Assembly: GCA_965222875.1 (NCBI GenBank)
Contig: CBDCVC010000003.1
Location: 1,921,788 to 1,985,787, forward strand
Direction: 5' to 3'
Length of the DNA stretch: 64,000 nt
Source: Candidatus Multivorans sp.
Lineage (GTDB): Bacteria > Acidobacteriota > Thermoanaerobaculia > Multivoradales > Multivoraceae
Shown: piece after piece, positions 38,755-48,146 of the stretch
Position numbering within the stretch: position 1 is the first letter of the stretch
Layout of the letters: each line of letters starts with the position of its first letter
Program-made: the position numbers and the translations under genes
The notes under the pieces: model-generated
Databases searched by the model: none
What the model saw: only the letters and a program-made list of their open reading frames with translations
What the model was told of the DNA's origin: nothing

Positions 38755-39009
38755 TCAGGCTCCGTTCTGTTGCAGCAGGTCGATGATCTCGCCGACGGTA
38801 CGAGTCTTGACGACCTGCTTCGGCTCCAGGGCGATCTCGAACTCCTCCTCCACGTCGTAGAGCACGTCGAGGATGGTCAGGGAGTCGAAGCCCAGAGACT
38901 CGATCGTGGTTTCCGGAGTGACTGCATCCCAGTCCCGCTCCTCGACCGCGCTGTCGCGCAGCACGTCCCGCAGCCGGGCGAGGATCTCCGCCGTGCCGTT
39001 GCCGTCCAT
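38755..39009 (-). CDS. Acyl carrier protein (specialised ACP)
   Basis: 84 aa, acidic, with an LGFDSL phosphopantetheine attachment motif. Confidence 0.8.
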   Translation of the reverse strand: MDGNGTAEILARLRDVLRDSAVEERDWDAVTPETTIESLGFDSLTILDVLYDVEEEFEIALEPKQVVKTRTVGEIIDLLQQNGA

Positions 39010-39138
39010 TGGGCGGCTAGGCTATCGCCGATCCCGCCACCACGGCCCGCTGCAACAGAAAGTCGTTCCAACAGGCTCGATCACCTTTGCGGCCTTTCTG
39101 CTTTACGTATAGCGTAAAGCCCACTATGGTCACGCTCA

Positions 39139-39417
39139 ATGATCCGGAGCTTCAGCGGTCGGGCGACCCAGCGCTTCTTCGAAGGACATCGAGTCGCTGC
39201 CTTCCAAGCGTGCGCCGACCAGGCCGCACGGCGGCTCACGATACTCGACAACGCCGAGTCTCTACAGGATCTGGCCGCCCTGCCAAGCAACAGACTAGAG
39301 GCACTGAAAGGCGACAGGGCCGGTGAATTCAGTATCCGGATCAACGTGCAGTGGCGAATCTGCTTCCGGTGGGGCCAAGACGGGCCCTACGACGTCGGAA
39401 TCGTCGACTACCACTGA
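39139..39417 (+). CDS. higB: Type II toxin HigB (RelE/ParE superfamily, HigB_toxin)
   Basis: 92 aa. MIRSF...FEGHR...SIRINVQWRICFRW matches the HigB 'plasmid maintenance system killer' signature. The toxin precedes the antitoxin, as in higBA. Confidence 0.8.
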   Translation: MIRSFSGRATQRFFEGHRVAAFQACADQAARRLTILDNAESLQDLAALPSNRLEALKGDRAGEFSIRINVQWRICFRWGQDGPYDVGIVDYH

Positions 39418-39419
39418 GG

Positions 39420-39737
39420 ATGGCTAAGGAAATGACCCCGAGAAACGGAATGAAGCCCGTTCATCCCGGAGAGATCCTCCGAGAGGAACTCGACGAACTA
39501 GGCCTCTCAGCCAACGCACTCTCCAAGGCGTTGGACGTACCAGTGAACCGCATAACGGCGATTCTCAACGGCCAGCGAGGCGTCACAGCGAACACCGCGT
39601 TGCGCTTGGCTCGCTACTTCGGGACCACGCCCCAGCTTTGGCTCAACCTGCAAAAAACGTGGGAACTGCGCCGGGCAGAGATCGAAGCCGGAAGCCGAAT
39701 CGCCAAGCGTGTCAAGCCCCGGCGGACCGTGGCGTAG
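39420..39737 (+). CDS. higA: Antitoxin HigA (XRE-type HTH)
   Basis: 105 aa from ATG 39420, 2 bp after the HigB stop. HTH with LSANALSKALDVPVNRITAILNG... Confidence 0.78.
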   Translation: MAKEMTPRNGMKPVHPGEILREELDELGLSANALSKALDVPVNRITAILNGQRGVTANTALRLARYFGTTPQLWLNLQKTWELRRAEIEAGSRIAKRVKPRRTVA

Positions 39738-39776
39738 CGGCCGCCGCTGAAGCCGCCTTCGGAGCCCGGCGCCGAC

Positions 39777-39880
39777 AGCCGGATGCGGACAGGATGCCCG
39801 CATTCCATCCGCGCGCCCGATGACGGCGCACGGAGTGGTTCGCGGGTGGCGCGGATCGCGCCACCCGGGTTGCCAGGGGC
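39777..39880. repeat. Intergenic repeat family A (~105 bp, two hairpins), copy 1
   Basis: GGATGCGGACAGGATGCCCGCATTCCATCC...GTGGCGCGGATCGCGCCAC. ~92% identical to 57170-57283. A partial 24-bp match (GAATGCGGGCAGGATGCCCGCGTTCC) is at 33180-33205. Confidence 0.6.
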
Positions 39881-39890
39881 GGCACCCGCG

Positions 39891-41132
39891 CTACTCCCCG
39901 GGTCCCAGCACCAGCACGCCGTTGCTGCCACCGAAGCCGAAGCTGTTCTTCATCACCAGGGGCCGTTCGAGGGGCTCCGGTTCGCCAGCCACAAGCCGCA
40001 CGTTGCATTCGGGATCGGGGTTCTCCAGGTTCAGGTTCGGCGGCAGCACGCCACGTTCGATGCCGAGCAGCGCCGCGATCGCCTCGATCGCGCCGGACGC
40101 GCCCAGGGCGTGGCCGAAGTAGGACTTGTTCGCCGAGACCGCGACCCGGTCCGCTGCGTCGCCGAGCACGGCGCGGATCGACTCGCTCTCGCAGAGGTCG
40201 TTGGCACGGGTGGCGGTGCCGTGGGCATTCACCGCGCCGAGGTCGGCCGGTTCGATCCCGGCCGACTCGAGGGCTGAGCGCATCGCTACCGCCTGGCCCT
40301 CGGCACTCGGGCTGGTCAGGTGGCTGGCGTCGGACGACTCGCCGTAGCCGACGACCTCGCCGCGTATCCGCGCCCCGCGGCTGCGGGCGCGGTCCCACGA
40401 CTCGACGACCAGCATGCCGGCGCCCTCGCCGAACACGGTGCCGTCGCGATCGGCGTCGAAGGGCCGGCACGCGCGGGCCGGATCCGGGTTCTCCGACATC
40501 ACGCCGAGGTTGTTCCAGACTCCGAAGTAGAACGGGTCGAAGAAGCCGTCCGCGCCGCCGCTGAGCACGGTGTCGGCGTAGCCGTCGCGCACCATCCGGT
40601 ACGCCATGCCGATCGCGTTGGTCGCGGACGTGCAGGCCGAGACGACGACGTAGTTGATGCCGGTCAGCTTGAAGTGGATCGAGACCCCGGCCGAGATCGA
40701 GTTGTACATGCACCGCGGCACGGTCGATGGCCGCAGGCCCCGCACGCCGCGCTCATGGAAGCGTTGCTGGCCGGTGGTGTGGCTCTCGGCCGAACCGGCG
40801 CCGGTGCCGAGAATGACCGCCACCGGCTGCGGTTCGTAGGGCGGCGCCCCGTCGATGAGGCCAGCCTGCTCAAGCGCGTCGGCCGCGGCGACCAGCCCCA
40901 GGTCGACGGCGCGGTCCGTCGGGCGCCGGCGCAGGCGTTTCAGCCCGGCGCGCACAGCATCCGCATCGACCTCCGCGCCGATGCCGACCTTGAGCGCCGA
41001 CGTGTCGAGGGATTGCAGCTTGCCGATGCCGCCGCGGCCGGCGACCAGGCTGTCCCAGAAGGACTCGATGTCCGTGCCGACGGCGCAGGCGACGCCGAGT
41101 CCGGTGACGGCTACTCGACGTGGCTCAGCCAT
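39891..41132 (-). CDS. Beta-ketoacyl-ACP synthase II-like (FabF/KAS family)
   Basis: 413 aa, VAVTGLGVACAVG N-terminus. KAS architecture with catalytic Cys and HH region. Confidence 0.85.
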   Translation of the reverse strand: MAEPRRVAVTGLGVACAVGTDIESFWDSLVAGRGGIGKLQSLDTSALKVGIGAEVDADAVRAGLKRLRRRPTDRAVDLGLVAAADALEQAGLIDGAPPYEPQPVAVILGTGAGSAESHTTGQQRFHERGVRGLRPSTVPRCMYNSISAGVSIHFKLTGINYVVVSACTSATNAIGMAYRMVRDGYADTVLSGGADGFFDPFYFGVWNNLGVMSENPDPARACRPFDADRDGTVFGEGAGMLVVESWDRARSRGARIRGEVVGYGESSDASHLTSPSAEGQAVAMRSALESAGIEPADLGAVNAHGTATRANDLCESESIRAVLGDAADRVAVSANKSYFGHALGASGAIEAIAALLGIERGVLPPNLNLENPDPECNVRLVAGEPEPLERPLVMKNSFGFGGSNGVLVLGPGE

Positions 41133-41868
41133 ACATCGACAACCCGCCGTTGACGTGGAGCACCTGCCCGGTCACGTAGGACGATTCCGACGACAGCAGG
41201 AACATGACCACAGCGGCGACTTCGGCCGGCGTTCCCAGGCGTCCGAGCGGCACGCGCAGTCTCTGCCGCTGGTCTTCGGTGAGCTCGACCGTCATGTCGG
41301 TTTCGATGAAGCCGGGCGACACCGCGTTGCAGCGGACTCCGAAACGGGCCGCCTCAAGGGCGAGACTGCGGGTGAGGCTGACCAGGCCGGCCTTGGAGGC
41401 TGCGTAGTCGGCGCCCATCCACCCTCCCGGACCGTGTGCCGCGAGAGACGCCATGTTCACGATGCTGCCGCTTTTCGCCTTGCGCATCACCCGGTAGGCA
41501 GCCCGCGCGGCGGCGAACGAGGCTTCGAGGTTCACGCGCTGGGTCGCGCGCCAGGAGTCGAGGTCGAGGCCTCGAAACGCGACGGCGCGGCCGCCGCCGG
41601 CGTTGTTCACCAGACCGTCGATGCGGCCGCAACGATCGACGACCTGCTCCACCAGCGCCGCCGCGTTCTCGGGCTCGTCGAGATCGGCGGCCAGCGGGAG
41701 CGCGCTGTCACTGCCGAGGTCGCGGCACACCGCCTCCACCTGGGCCAAGTCCCGTCCGTGAACGGCGACCGTTGCGCCGAGTTCGGCGGCGGCTTCGGCC
41801 GTCGCCCGGCCGATGCCGCGCGTCGAGCCGGTGACCAGGACCACTTGGCCGGAGAGTGAGGCAGTCAT
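41125..41868 (-). CDS. 3-oxoacyl-ACP reductase FabG-like (SDR family)
   Basis: 247 aa. TGSTRGIG Rossmann motif and YxxxK catalytic motif (YAASK). Confidence 0.82.
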   Translation of the reverse strand: MTASLSGQVVLVTGSTRGIGRATAEAAAELGATVAVHGRDLAQVEAVCRDLGSDSALPLAADLDEPENAAALVEQVVDRCGRIDGLVNNAGGGRAVAFRGLDLDSWRATQRVNLEASFAAARAAYRVMRKAKSGSIVNMASLAAHGPGGWMGADYAASKAGLVSLTRSLALEAARFGVRCNAVSPGFIETDMTVELTEDQRQRLRVPLGRLGTPAEVAAVVMFLLSSESSYVTGQVLHVNGGLSMYG

Positions 41869-41927
41869 CGTGCGGGCCGCAATGGTAGCGCCGCGCGGAG
41901 ATCGCGCGGTGCGCGTACGATTCGGTC

Positions 41928-44762
41928 GTGACTCGGGTACGGGTAGACGGACAGTCGATCGAGGCTCAGCCCGGAGACAGCCTGCTGGTGGCCTTGCTGC
42001 GGGCCGGCCTGCATCCGACTGGAGGCGGCTGCCTGTGCCTGGGCGGCGACTGCCCGCATTGCCTGACGACGGTCGACGGCGCCGCCTACACCCGTAGCTG
42101 CCAGGTGCGCGCGGAGGCCGGCATGGTGGTGCGCCGGGATCACGCCGGAGGCGAGGCGCCGCCGCTGCTGCCCCACGTCGACGCCGTGCGGACCGCCAAC
42201 ATCGAGCCGGCGCCCGCCCACCACATCCACTGCGACACAGTGGTCATCGGCCAGGGCGACTCGGGCCGCCGGGCCGCCGCGGACGCCCGTGCCGCGGGGC
42301 AGGACATGATCACCCTCGACGCCCGGGAGGGGCAGCACGTCACCGGCGTCTACCCGGGCCCTCTCGTCGTCGCGCTCGACGACGCCGGGCGCGTGCTCCA
42401 CGTTCATCCGAAGCGGGAGATCGTGGTTGCCACCGGCGCCGCGGAAGTCCAACCGGTTGTACTCGGCAGCGACCTCGAAGGCCTGATGACCGTCCGCGCC
42501 GCGGCCGAACTTGTCGCGGCCGGCATCGACCTCGGTCTAGTCGTCTCGCTGGGCGAGGCGCTGCCCGACCTGCCGGCGGGCACCTTTGGCCGCCACCTCC
42601 CGCTCGACGCGGACGGTTGGGACCTCATTCGTTTCGAGGGCCGGCGCCGCATCGAGGCGGTCGTCGTCCGTCCCCATGGCGACCAGGACGCGCCAGAGCG
42701 ACGGATCGAGTGCGACACGGCGATCCTCGGCCTCGGCCGCCAACCCCGTAGCGCCCTGGCACGGATGGCCTCCGACCTGCCGGTCCGAGCCGTCGGCAGC
42801 GCCGCGGAGGAATCCGAGTTGCCGCCCTGCCCGCGCGAAGGGACCGTCTGCCCGTGCAACGGCGTCACCGTCGCCGATCTCGACAGCGTGTGGGACCGCG
42901 GCTTCCGCGAGATGGAGCTGCTGAAGCGCGCCACCCTGGCCGGCACCGGCGCCTGCCAGGGCGGCGTCTGCCTGCCCTACCTGCGGAGCTTCCTGCTGGA
43001 GCGGGGCGGCCGGCGCCAACCCGCGTTCACCGCGCGGCCGCTCAACCGGCAACTGACCGTGCGCGAGCTCGCCGCCGGGGCGCATACAGCAGTGACCGCC
43101 CGCTCGCCTCTCCACGACGAGCACTTGCGACTCGGCGCGCGGATGGACCGTGCCGGGGGCTGGTGGCGGCCCTGGACCTACGGCGAGCGGGACCAGGAGT
43201 ACGCCGCCGTACGCGAATGCGTCTCGCTCGGGGACGTGAGTTCGCTCGGCAAGGTGGCGATCGCCGGCCCGGACGCCGAGGCCTTCCTGGAACGGATCGT
43301 TCCGACCCGGGTCGCGACGCTCCGGCCCGGCCGCTGGCGCTACGTCGTCATGCTGGATGAGCGCGGCTACCTGCTCGACGACGGGATGCTCTGCCGCGAA
43401 GCGGCGCAAGACGACGGCGACCGCTTCTTTCTGACCTCGACGTCGGGCGGGTCGAGCTTCTTCGAACTGTGGCTCCGGGACTGGGCCGAGGCCTTCGGCT
43501 TCGATGTCCGCATCCTGAACCAGGCCGCCTCTCTGGCCGCGATCAACGTCACCGGACCCTGGGCGGCCAGGCTGCTCGCGCGGGCCGGCGCGCGGAAACT
43601 GCCGGGGTTCAGTCGCCACCGGCGCCTGCGCATTGCCGGCATCGACTGCCGGGTCGTGCGATTGAGCTTCACCGGCGAACTGTCCTACGAGCTTCACCAC
43701 GCGGCAGCCGACGCGGTCGACCTGTGGCGGCGGCTGCTTGCGGTCGGCGGCGAGCTGAGCGTCCGTCCCCACGGTTTGGAGACGCTGCTCCACCTGCGGC
43801 TCGAGAAGGGCCACATCGTGATCGGCCAGGACACCGACTACGACTCGACTCCGCGCCGGCTCGGCTGCGAGTGGGCGGTCGACCTGAACAAGGGCGACTT
43901 CATCGGCCGTCAGGCCATCCTGCGAACGAACAGGCAACCGCTCGATCGGCGGCTGGTCGCGCTCTGGATGGACAATCCGCCACGCCGGGAACGTGGCGCT
44001 TCCTCCGCCGAGGGTTCGGCGATCCACGACGGCGACCGCTATGCGGGATACGTGACGTCGGACGCAGGCCCGGGACCGAGAGGCGGCCGGCAGCAAGCCG
44101 GAGGGGGCATCCCGATGCTCGGTTGGCTCTACCTGGACTCGGAAGGCAGCCTTCCCCGGGAGGTGACGATCGACGGCCGGGCGGCTCGCCGGGTCGACGG
44201 CCCAACCTACGACCCGGAGGGCAAGCGGGCGCGCGTGACGGTCGACCTCGCGAACGAGGCGCCCGAAGATGCAAGGGAGTTCGAGCCCGAGCGCCCCGAA
44301 CCGACCGATCTGGCAGCCACGGCGCCGGCGGGCCCGCCGCAAGACCATCCGCTCGAAGCAGCCCGGGTCGCAGCCGCGCCGGCCGCGCTCGACGCCTTGG
44401 TCGCGCAGCCGCCCTGGCCCGGCGAGGCGCTCGCGTTCCGAACCGCCCCCGACGAACTCCTGGTCGCGGCACGATCGGACTTCGAGGTTGCCGGCGACCC
44501 CCACGCAATCGTCGAGCGCGAGACCGGCTTCTCCTACGTCTGGCTCGACGCCGCCGACGCCGAAACGCTGCTCGACCGCGAGTGCGACTGGAAACGGCCG
44601 AGCGCCCGGCCGGCCCTGGCCCAGGGCGCGGTCGCCGGCATCCCGGTCAAGCTGTGGTTCGCAGCCGAGAGGACCTTGATCCTCATGCCGGCCCCCTCTG
44701 CCGCAGCGTTCCAGCGCCGCCTGAGCAGCGCTCTCGGCCGGAACGACGGGGCCGCGCCATGA
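41928..44762 (+). CDS. soxA: Sarcosine oxidase alpha subunit family protein (N-terminal 2Fe-2S-like, FAD/NAD binding, C-terminal GcvT-like folate-binding domain)
   Basis: 944 aa. N-terminal Cys cluster (CLCLGGDCPHC), nucleotide-binding region and a C-terminal aminomethyltransferase-like domain. Confidence 0.7.
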   Translation: MTRVRVDGQSIEAQPGDSLLVALLRAGLHPTGGGCLCLGGDCPHCLTTVDGAAYTRSCQVRAEAGMVVRRDHAGGEAPPLLPHVDAVRTANIEPAPAHHIHCDTVVIGQGDSGRRAAADARAAGQDMITLDAREGQHVTGVYPGPLVVALDDAGRVLHVHPKREIVVATGAAEVQPVVLGSDLEGLMTVRAAAELVAAGIDLGLVVSLGEALPDLPAGTFGRHLPLDADGWDLIRFEGRRRIEAVVVRPHGDQDAPERRIECDTAILGLGRQPRSALARMASDLPVRAVGSAAEESELPPCPREGTVCPCNGVTVADLDSVWDRGFREMELLKRATLAGTGACQGGVCLPYLRSFLLERGGRRQPAFTARPLNRQLTVRELAAGAHTAVTARSPLHDEHLRLGARMDRAGGWWRPWTYGERDQEYAAVRECVSLGDVSSLGKVAIAGPDAEAFLERIVPTRVATLRPGRWRYVVMLDERGYLLDDGMLCREAAQDDGDRFFLTSTSGGSSFFELWLRDWAEAFGFDVRILNQAASLAAINVTGPWAARLLARAGARKLPGFSRHRRLRIAGIDCRVVRLSFTGELSYELHHAAADAVDLWRRLLAVGGELSVRPHGLETLLHLRLEKGHIVIGQDTDYDSTPRRLGCEWAVDLNKGDFIGRQAILRTNRQPLDRRLVALWMDNPPRRERGASSAEGSAIHDGDRYAGYVTSDAGPGPRGGRQQAGGGIPMLGWLYLDSEGSLPREVTIDGRAARRVDGPTYDPEGKRARVTVDLANEAPEDAREFEPERPEPTDLAATAPAGPPQDHPLEAARVAAAPAALDALVAQPPWPGEALAFRTAPDELLVAARSDFEVAGDPHAIVERETGFSYVWLDAADAETLLDRECDWKRPSARPALAQGAVAGIPVKLWFAAERTLILMPAPSAAAFQRRLSSALGRNDGAAP

Positions 44763-45967
44763 ACGAGTTCGTCGAGCGCCAGATGAAGCTGACGTGGCGA
44801 CCGCCGAGGAAGGCCTACGACGTGGTGATCGTCGGCGCCGGCGGCCACGGACTCGCCACCGCGTACTACCTGGCGACCCGCCATGGAATCACGAATGTCG
44901 GGGTCTTCGAGCGCGGCTACATCGGCGGCGGCAACTCGGGACGCAACACGACGATCATCCGCGCCAACTACGGCATCCCGGCCGCGGTCCGCTTCTACCA
45001 GCGCAGCGTCGACCTCTACCGCGGCCTGGAGGAGGAGACGGGGCGCGGGCTGATGCACCAGCAGAAGGGCCTGCTATGGATGGCGCACACCGAAGCGGCC
45101 GCGCGGGCCGAACGGATGCGTGCGAAGCTGAACACCGAGTTCCGCGCCGAGACCGAGTTCGTGGAGGGGTGCCGGATCCTGGAGATCTGCCCGCAACTCG
45201 ACCTCACGGGCGGCGGCCGCTGGCCCGTGCTCGGCGCCTCCTACCATCCGGCGGGCGCCACCGCCCGCCACGACCGGGTGGTCTGGGCGCTCGCCGAGGG
45301 CGCGATGGAGCGTGGCGTTCACGTCCATCAGAACCTGCCGGTCGAGGGCCTGGTCAAGGACGGCGATCGGGTCGTCGGCGTTCGCACCCGAACCGGCGAC
45401 ATCTCAGCCGGCGTCGTCGTCTCCGCGGTCGGCGGCCACGTCAGCCGGATCGCCGCGATGGCCGGCGTGCGCCTGCCGATCCGCACCCACCGCCTGCAGG
45501 CCTTCGTGACGAACCACTACCAACGGCAGTTCCAGCCCATCGTCGCCTCCTCGGAGCTCTTCTTCTACGCCTCACAAACCGCCCGCGGCGAGATGATCCT
45601 GGGCGCTGAGATCGATCCGCAGCCGAGCTTCTCCTACCGCTCGAGCCACGACTTCGTGCAGCACGTCTGCCGGCGGGCGCTGTGCCTGCTGCCGTTCATG
45701 GCCGACCTGCGCGTACTCCGCCAATGGACCGGCGTCTGCGACATGAGCCCCGACTACTCACCCATTCTGGGGCCCACCGGCGTCGACGGCTTCCTGATCA
45801 CGACCGGCTGGGGTACCTGGGGCTTCAAGGCGATCCCGGCCGGCGGCGAGCAGATGGCGCAACTCATCGCCACCGGCGAGATGCCGGATCTCATCGCCCC
45901 GTTCGGGCTCGACCGCTTCGCCCGCGACCGGACGATGGCCGACCGCGGCTCCGCAGGAACGCACTAG
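44759..45967 (+). CDS. soxB: Sarcosine oxidase beta subunit family FAD-dependent oxidoreductase
   Basis: 402 aa. YDVVIVGAGGHGLATAY dinucleotide-binding motif. Start overlaps the soxA stop (ATGA). The 832-aa ORF in the track is an upstream over-extension of this frame. Confidence 0.75.
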   Translation: MNEFVERQMKLTWRPPRKAYDVVIVGAGGHGLATAYYLATRHGITNVGVFERGYIGGGNSGRNTTIIRANYGIPAAVRFYQRSVDLYRGLEEETGRGLMHQQKGLLWMAHTEAAARAERMRAKLNTEFRAETEFVEGCRILEICPQLDLTGGGRWPVLGASYHPAGATARHDRVVWALAEGAMERGVHVHQNLPVEGLVKDGDRVVGVRTRTGDISAGVVVSAVGGHVSRIAAMAGVRLPIRTHRLQAFVTNHYQRQFQPIVASSELFFYASQTARGEMILGAEIDPQPSFSYRSSHDFVQHVCRRALCLLPFMADLRVLRQWTGVCDMSPDYSPILGPTGVDGFLITTGWGTWGFKAIPAGGEQMAQLIATGEMPDLIAPFGLDRFARDRTMADRGSAGTH

Positions 45968-45969
45968 CC

Positions 45970-46218
45970 ATGAGCCTCCGCATCCCCTGCCCCAACTGCG
46001 GCGCCCGCTCGGTCCACGAGTTTGTGCATGGCGAGATCCGGCGCGCGCCCCAGCACCTGACCGACCCGGACGAGCGCGACCTCGACCTCGCCTTCATGCA
46101 CGACAACGAGGAAGGCGTCGTCACCGAACGCTGGTTCCACGCCGCCGGCTGCCGGCGCTGGTTCGAGATCCGGCGCGACACGACGACCGACCGGATCGTC
46201 GAGCCGGGCGAATCCTGA
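45970..46218 (+). CDS. soxD: Sarcosine oxidase delta subunit
   Basis: 82 aa. CPNCG N-terminal motif typical of SoxD. Starts 3 bp after the soxB stop. Confidence 0.65.
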   Translation: MSLRIPCPNCGARSVHEFVHGEIRRAPQHLTDPDERDLDLAFMHDNEEGVVTERWFHAAGCRRWFEIRRDTTTDRIVEPGES

Positions 46219-46270
46219 ACGGCCGGCCAGTTTGCGGCTACAATCCGCGCCTACTCGACTTGGAGGACGC

Positions 46271-47074
46271 ATGAACGCCCGACGCACCCTGACTCTCTTG
46301 ACTCTCCTCGCCGTGGCGGCCTCCAGCGCCGTGCTCGCGGCCGACGACATCCCCCGCCGGCCCGACGGCAAGTACCGCACCTCGATCATCACCGAGCCGG
46401 CGAACGGCCGGATGCCGGCGCTCACCGACGCCGCCAAGCAACGGATGGCCGCAGGGGCGGCCTTCCGTCACGAGAACACCGGCACCGCCTGGTGGATCGA
46501 CCGCGAGTCCGGCCCGTACGACGATCCCGAGCTTCGTCCGCACGCCGAGCGCTGCCTGCTCGGCTTCGGCTCCACCGCCGGACCGCCGGCAATGCCCGTC
46601 ATGTACAACAACATGAAGCGGATCGTGCAGACCGACACCCACGTGATGATCCTGGTCGAGATGAACCACGACGCCCGGATCATCCGCATCGACTCCGAGC
46701 ACGACGACAACGTCGAGAGCTGGCTCGGCGAGTCGGTCGGCCGCTGGGAAGGCGACACGCTGGTCGTCACGACAAAGAACTTCGGCGATGACTACAGCTT
46801 CACCCAGGGCTCGAAGGACATGGTGATCACCGAGCGCTTCAGCCGCATCGACAACGGCACCCTGCTCTACAAGTTCACCGTCGACGACCCGAACACCTGG
46901 ACCGAGCCCTGGGGTGGCGAGTACCCGTGGCCGGCCAGCACCAACAAGGTCTACGAGTACGCCTGCCACGAAGGCAACTACGCCCTCGGCGGCATCCTCC
47001 GCGGCGCCCGCCTCCTCGAGGAAGAAGCCCTCGAAGGCGACGCCGCTTCCACCGGCGGCGGCGGCTCCGAGTAA
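46271..47074 (+). CDS. Secreted protein of unrecognised family (paralog 1)
   Basis: Signal peptide. Conserved blocks YRTSIITEPANGRMP, HAERC..GFGST, VMILVEMNHDAR, KVYEYACHEGNYA. Clear paralog of 57295-58437. Confidence 0.6.
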   Translation: MNARRTLTLLTLLAVAASSAVLAADDIPRRPDGKYRTSIITEPANGRMPALTDAAKQRMAAGAAFRHENTGTAWWIDRESGPYDDPELRPHAERCLLGFGSTAGPPAMPVMYNNMKRIVQTDTHVMILVEMNHDARIIRIDSEHDDNVESWLGESVGRWEGDTLVVTTKNFGDDYSFTQGSKDMVITERFSRIDNGTLLYKFTVDDPNTWTEPWGGEYPWPASTNKVYEYACHEGNYALGGILRGARLLEEEALEGDAASTGGGGSE

Positions 47075-47094
47075 CGGCGTCGGCGCGACGACGC

Positions 47095-47195
47095 TGGCGC
47101 AACGCCTGGGTTGCACCCGCCCGGTTCGGGTTCCGGGGGGCGCCCTCCAGGCACCGTTCGCGCTTGGTCGGATATGGGGGAGTTGGCGCTCACTA
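47095..47195. repeat. Intergenic repeat family B, copy 1 (downstream of paralog 1)
   Basis: CTGGGTTGCACCCGCCCGG...CTCCAGGCACCGTTCGCGCTTGGTCGGATATGGGGGAGTTGGCGCTC. Related copies at 51035-51130 (inverted) and a 19-bp partial at 50551-50569. Confidence 0.5.
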
Positions 47196-47520
47196 CTTTC
47201 CGCTCGGAATCTACCGAAGCACCAGAGAACACAGGTACTTGTGGCAGGTGACAGCTAGGGCTAGGGATTGTCCCCCAACATGGTCCCGCTTGCTAAGCGA
47301 CGCACACGAAGGCCCGGTCTTTCCTCGCCGCACTACTGGCGACCCGCCGCCGACGGCGCACCACGGTCGACATCCACTGAGAGCACTCCAGGACCTCACG
47401 GTGCTTCGTCGGACGTGGCGCACGCGAGCGAGGCGCACCCAAGACCAAGGGGCCGTAGCACCCAGGACTGTCGTATAGTCGTCAAGTGATCAACGTTTCG
47501 GCCCGCAACCCGCAGTTCTC

Positions 47521-48063
47521 TTGGCATTCTTCCTAGGGTGCTTAGTGGATCACCCAGGAGGCTCCGTGACCAACAGGAATCATGGCGGGGGAGCAGGACG
47601 GCGCCTCCATCGAGAGGCTGCCTGTAGCAAGGTTGCCGGCCCGTCCCGCGCCAATCCGTCACTCTACACGCGGGGACGCCTGCGGTTGTTGCCTGCAACA
47701 GCGGTCGTGGCCCTTCTGGCTGGATGCGGCAGCCTCGCCGTTCTCAATCCCCACTACGCGCCGGTCGAACGGCTCAAAGAGGCCCGAGAACGCGCGCTCG
47801 ATCTACTGGCGACGATGCCTGACGAGTACCCCTGCCGGGAGGACTGGAAGCAAGTGGTTGTCGCCGCGGATCACGCGCTGCGGACAATGCACCAGTGGCA
47901 GCAGGCCGGGGTTGGCTGGCACTGGAACCAGACCGAGGCCTTCGACCGACAGGTGGGCTCCCTGGTGCTCGCCGCGAACGACTGCACCCAGCGCCGCGGC
48001 GTGAGCCTGGGCGACCTGGTCGATGCCGAGGTAGAGCGACGCCGACAGTCTCCGAAGAACTGA
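47521..48063 (+). CDS. Hypothetical lipoprotein (start uncertain, probably an internal TTG/GTG near 47686)
   Basis: Lipobox LLAGCGS after a hydrophobic stretch. Rest has no recognisable domain. Confidence 0.4.
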   Translation: MAFFLGCLVDHPGGSVTNRNHGGGAGRRLHREAACSKVAGPSRANPSLYTRGRLRLLPATAVVALLAGCGSLAVLNPHYAPVERLKEARERALDLLATMPDEYPCREDWKQVVVAADHALRTMHQWQQAGVGWHWNQTEAFDRQVGSLVLAANDCTQRRGVSLGDLVDAEVERRRQSPKN

Positions 48064-48146
48064 AAGCAGAAGGCCGCCAGATAGCACTGGCGGCCCAACC
48101 ATCAACTTTCAAGGGTAGCCAGCCCCGAAAGGAGGAATCGTCGCTT

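Noticed and set aside
43469-45967. 832-aa ORF spanning soxA and soxB
   Set aside because: Only the last ~402 aa (from ATG 44759) form the SoxB-like FAD oxidoreductase. The upstream part is an out-of-frame read-through of soxA with Arg/Pro-rich nonsense.
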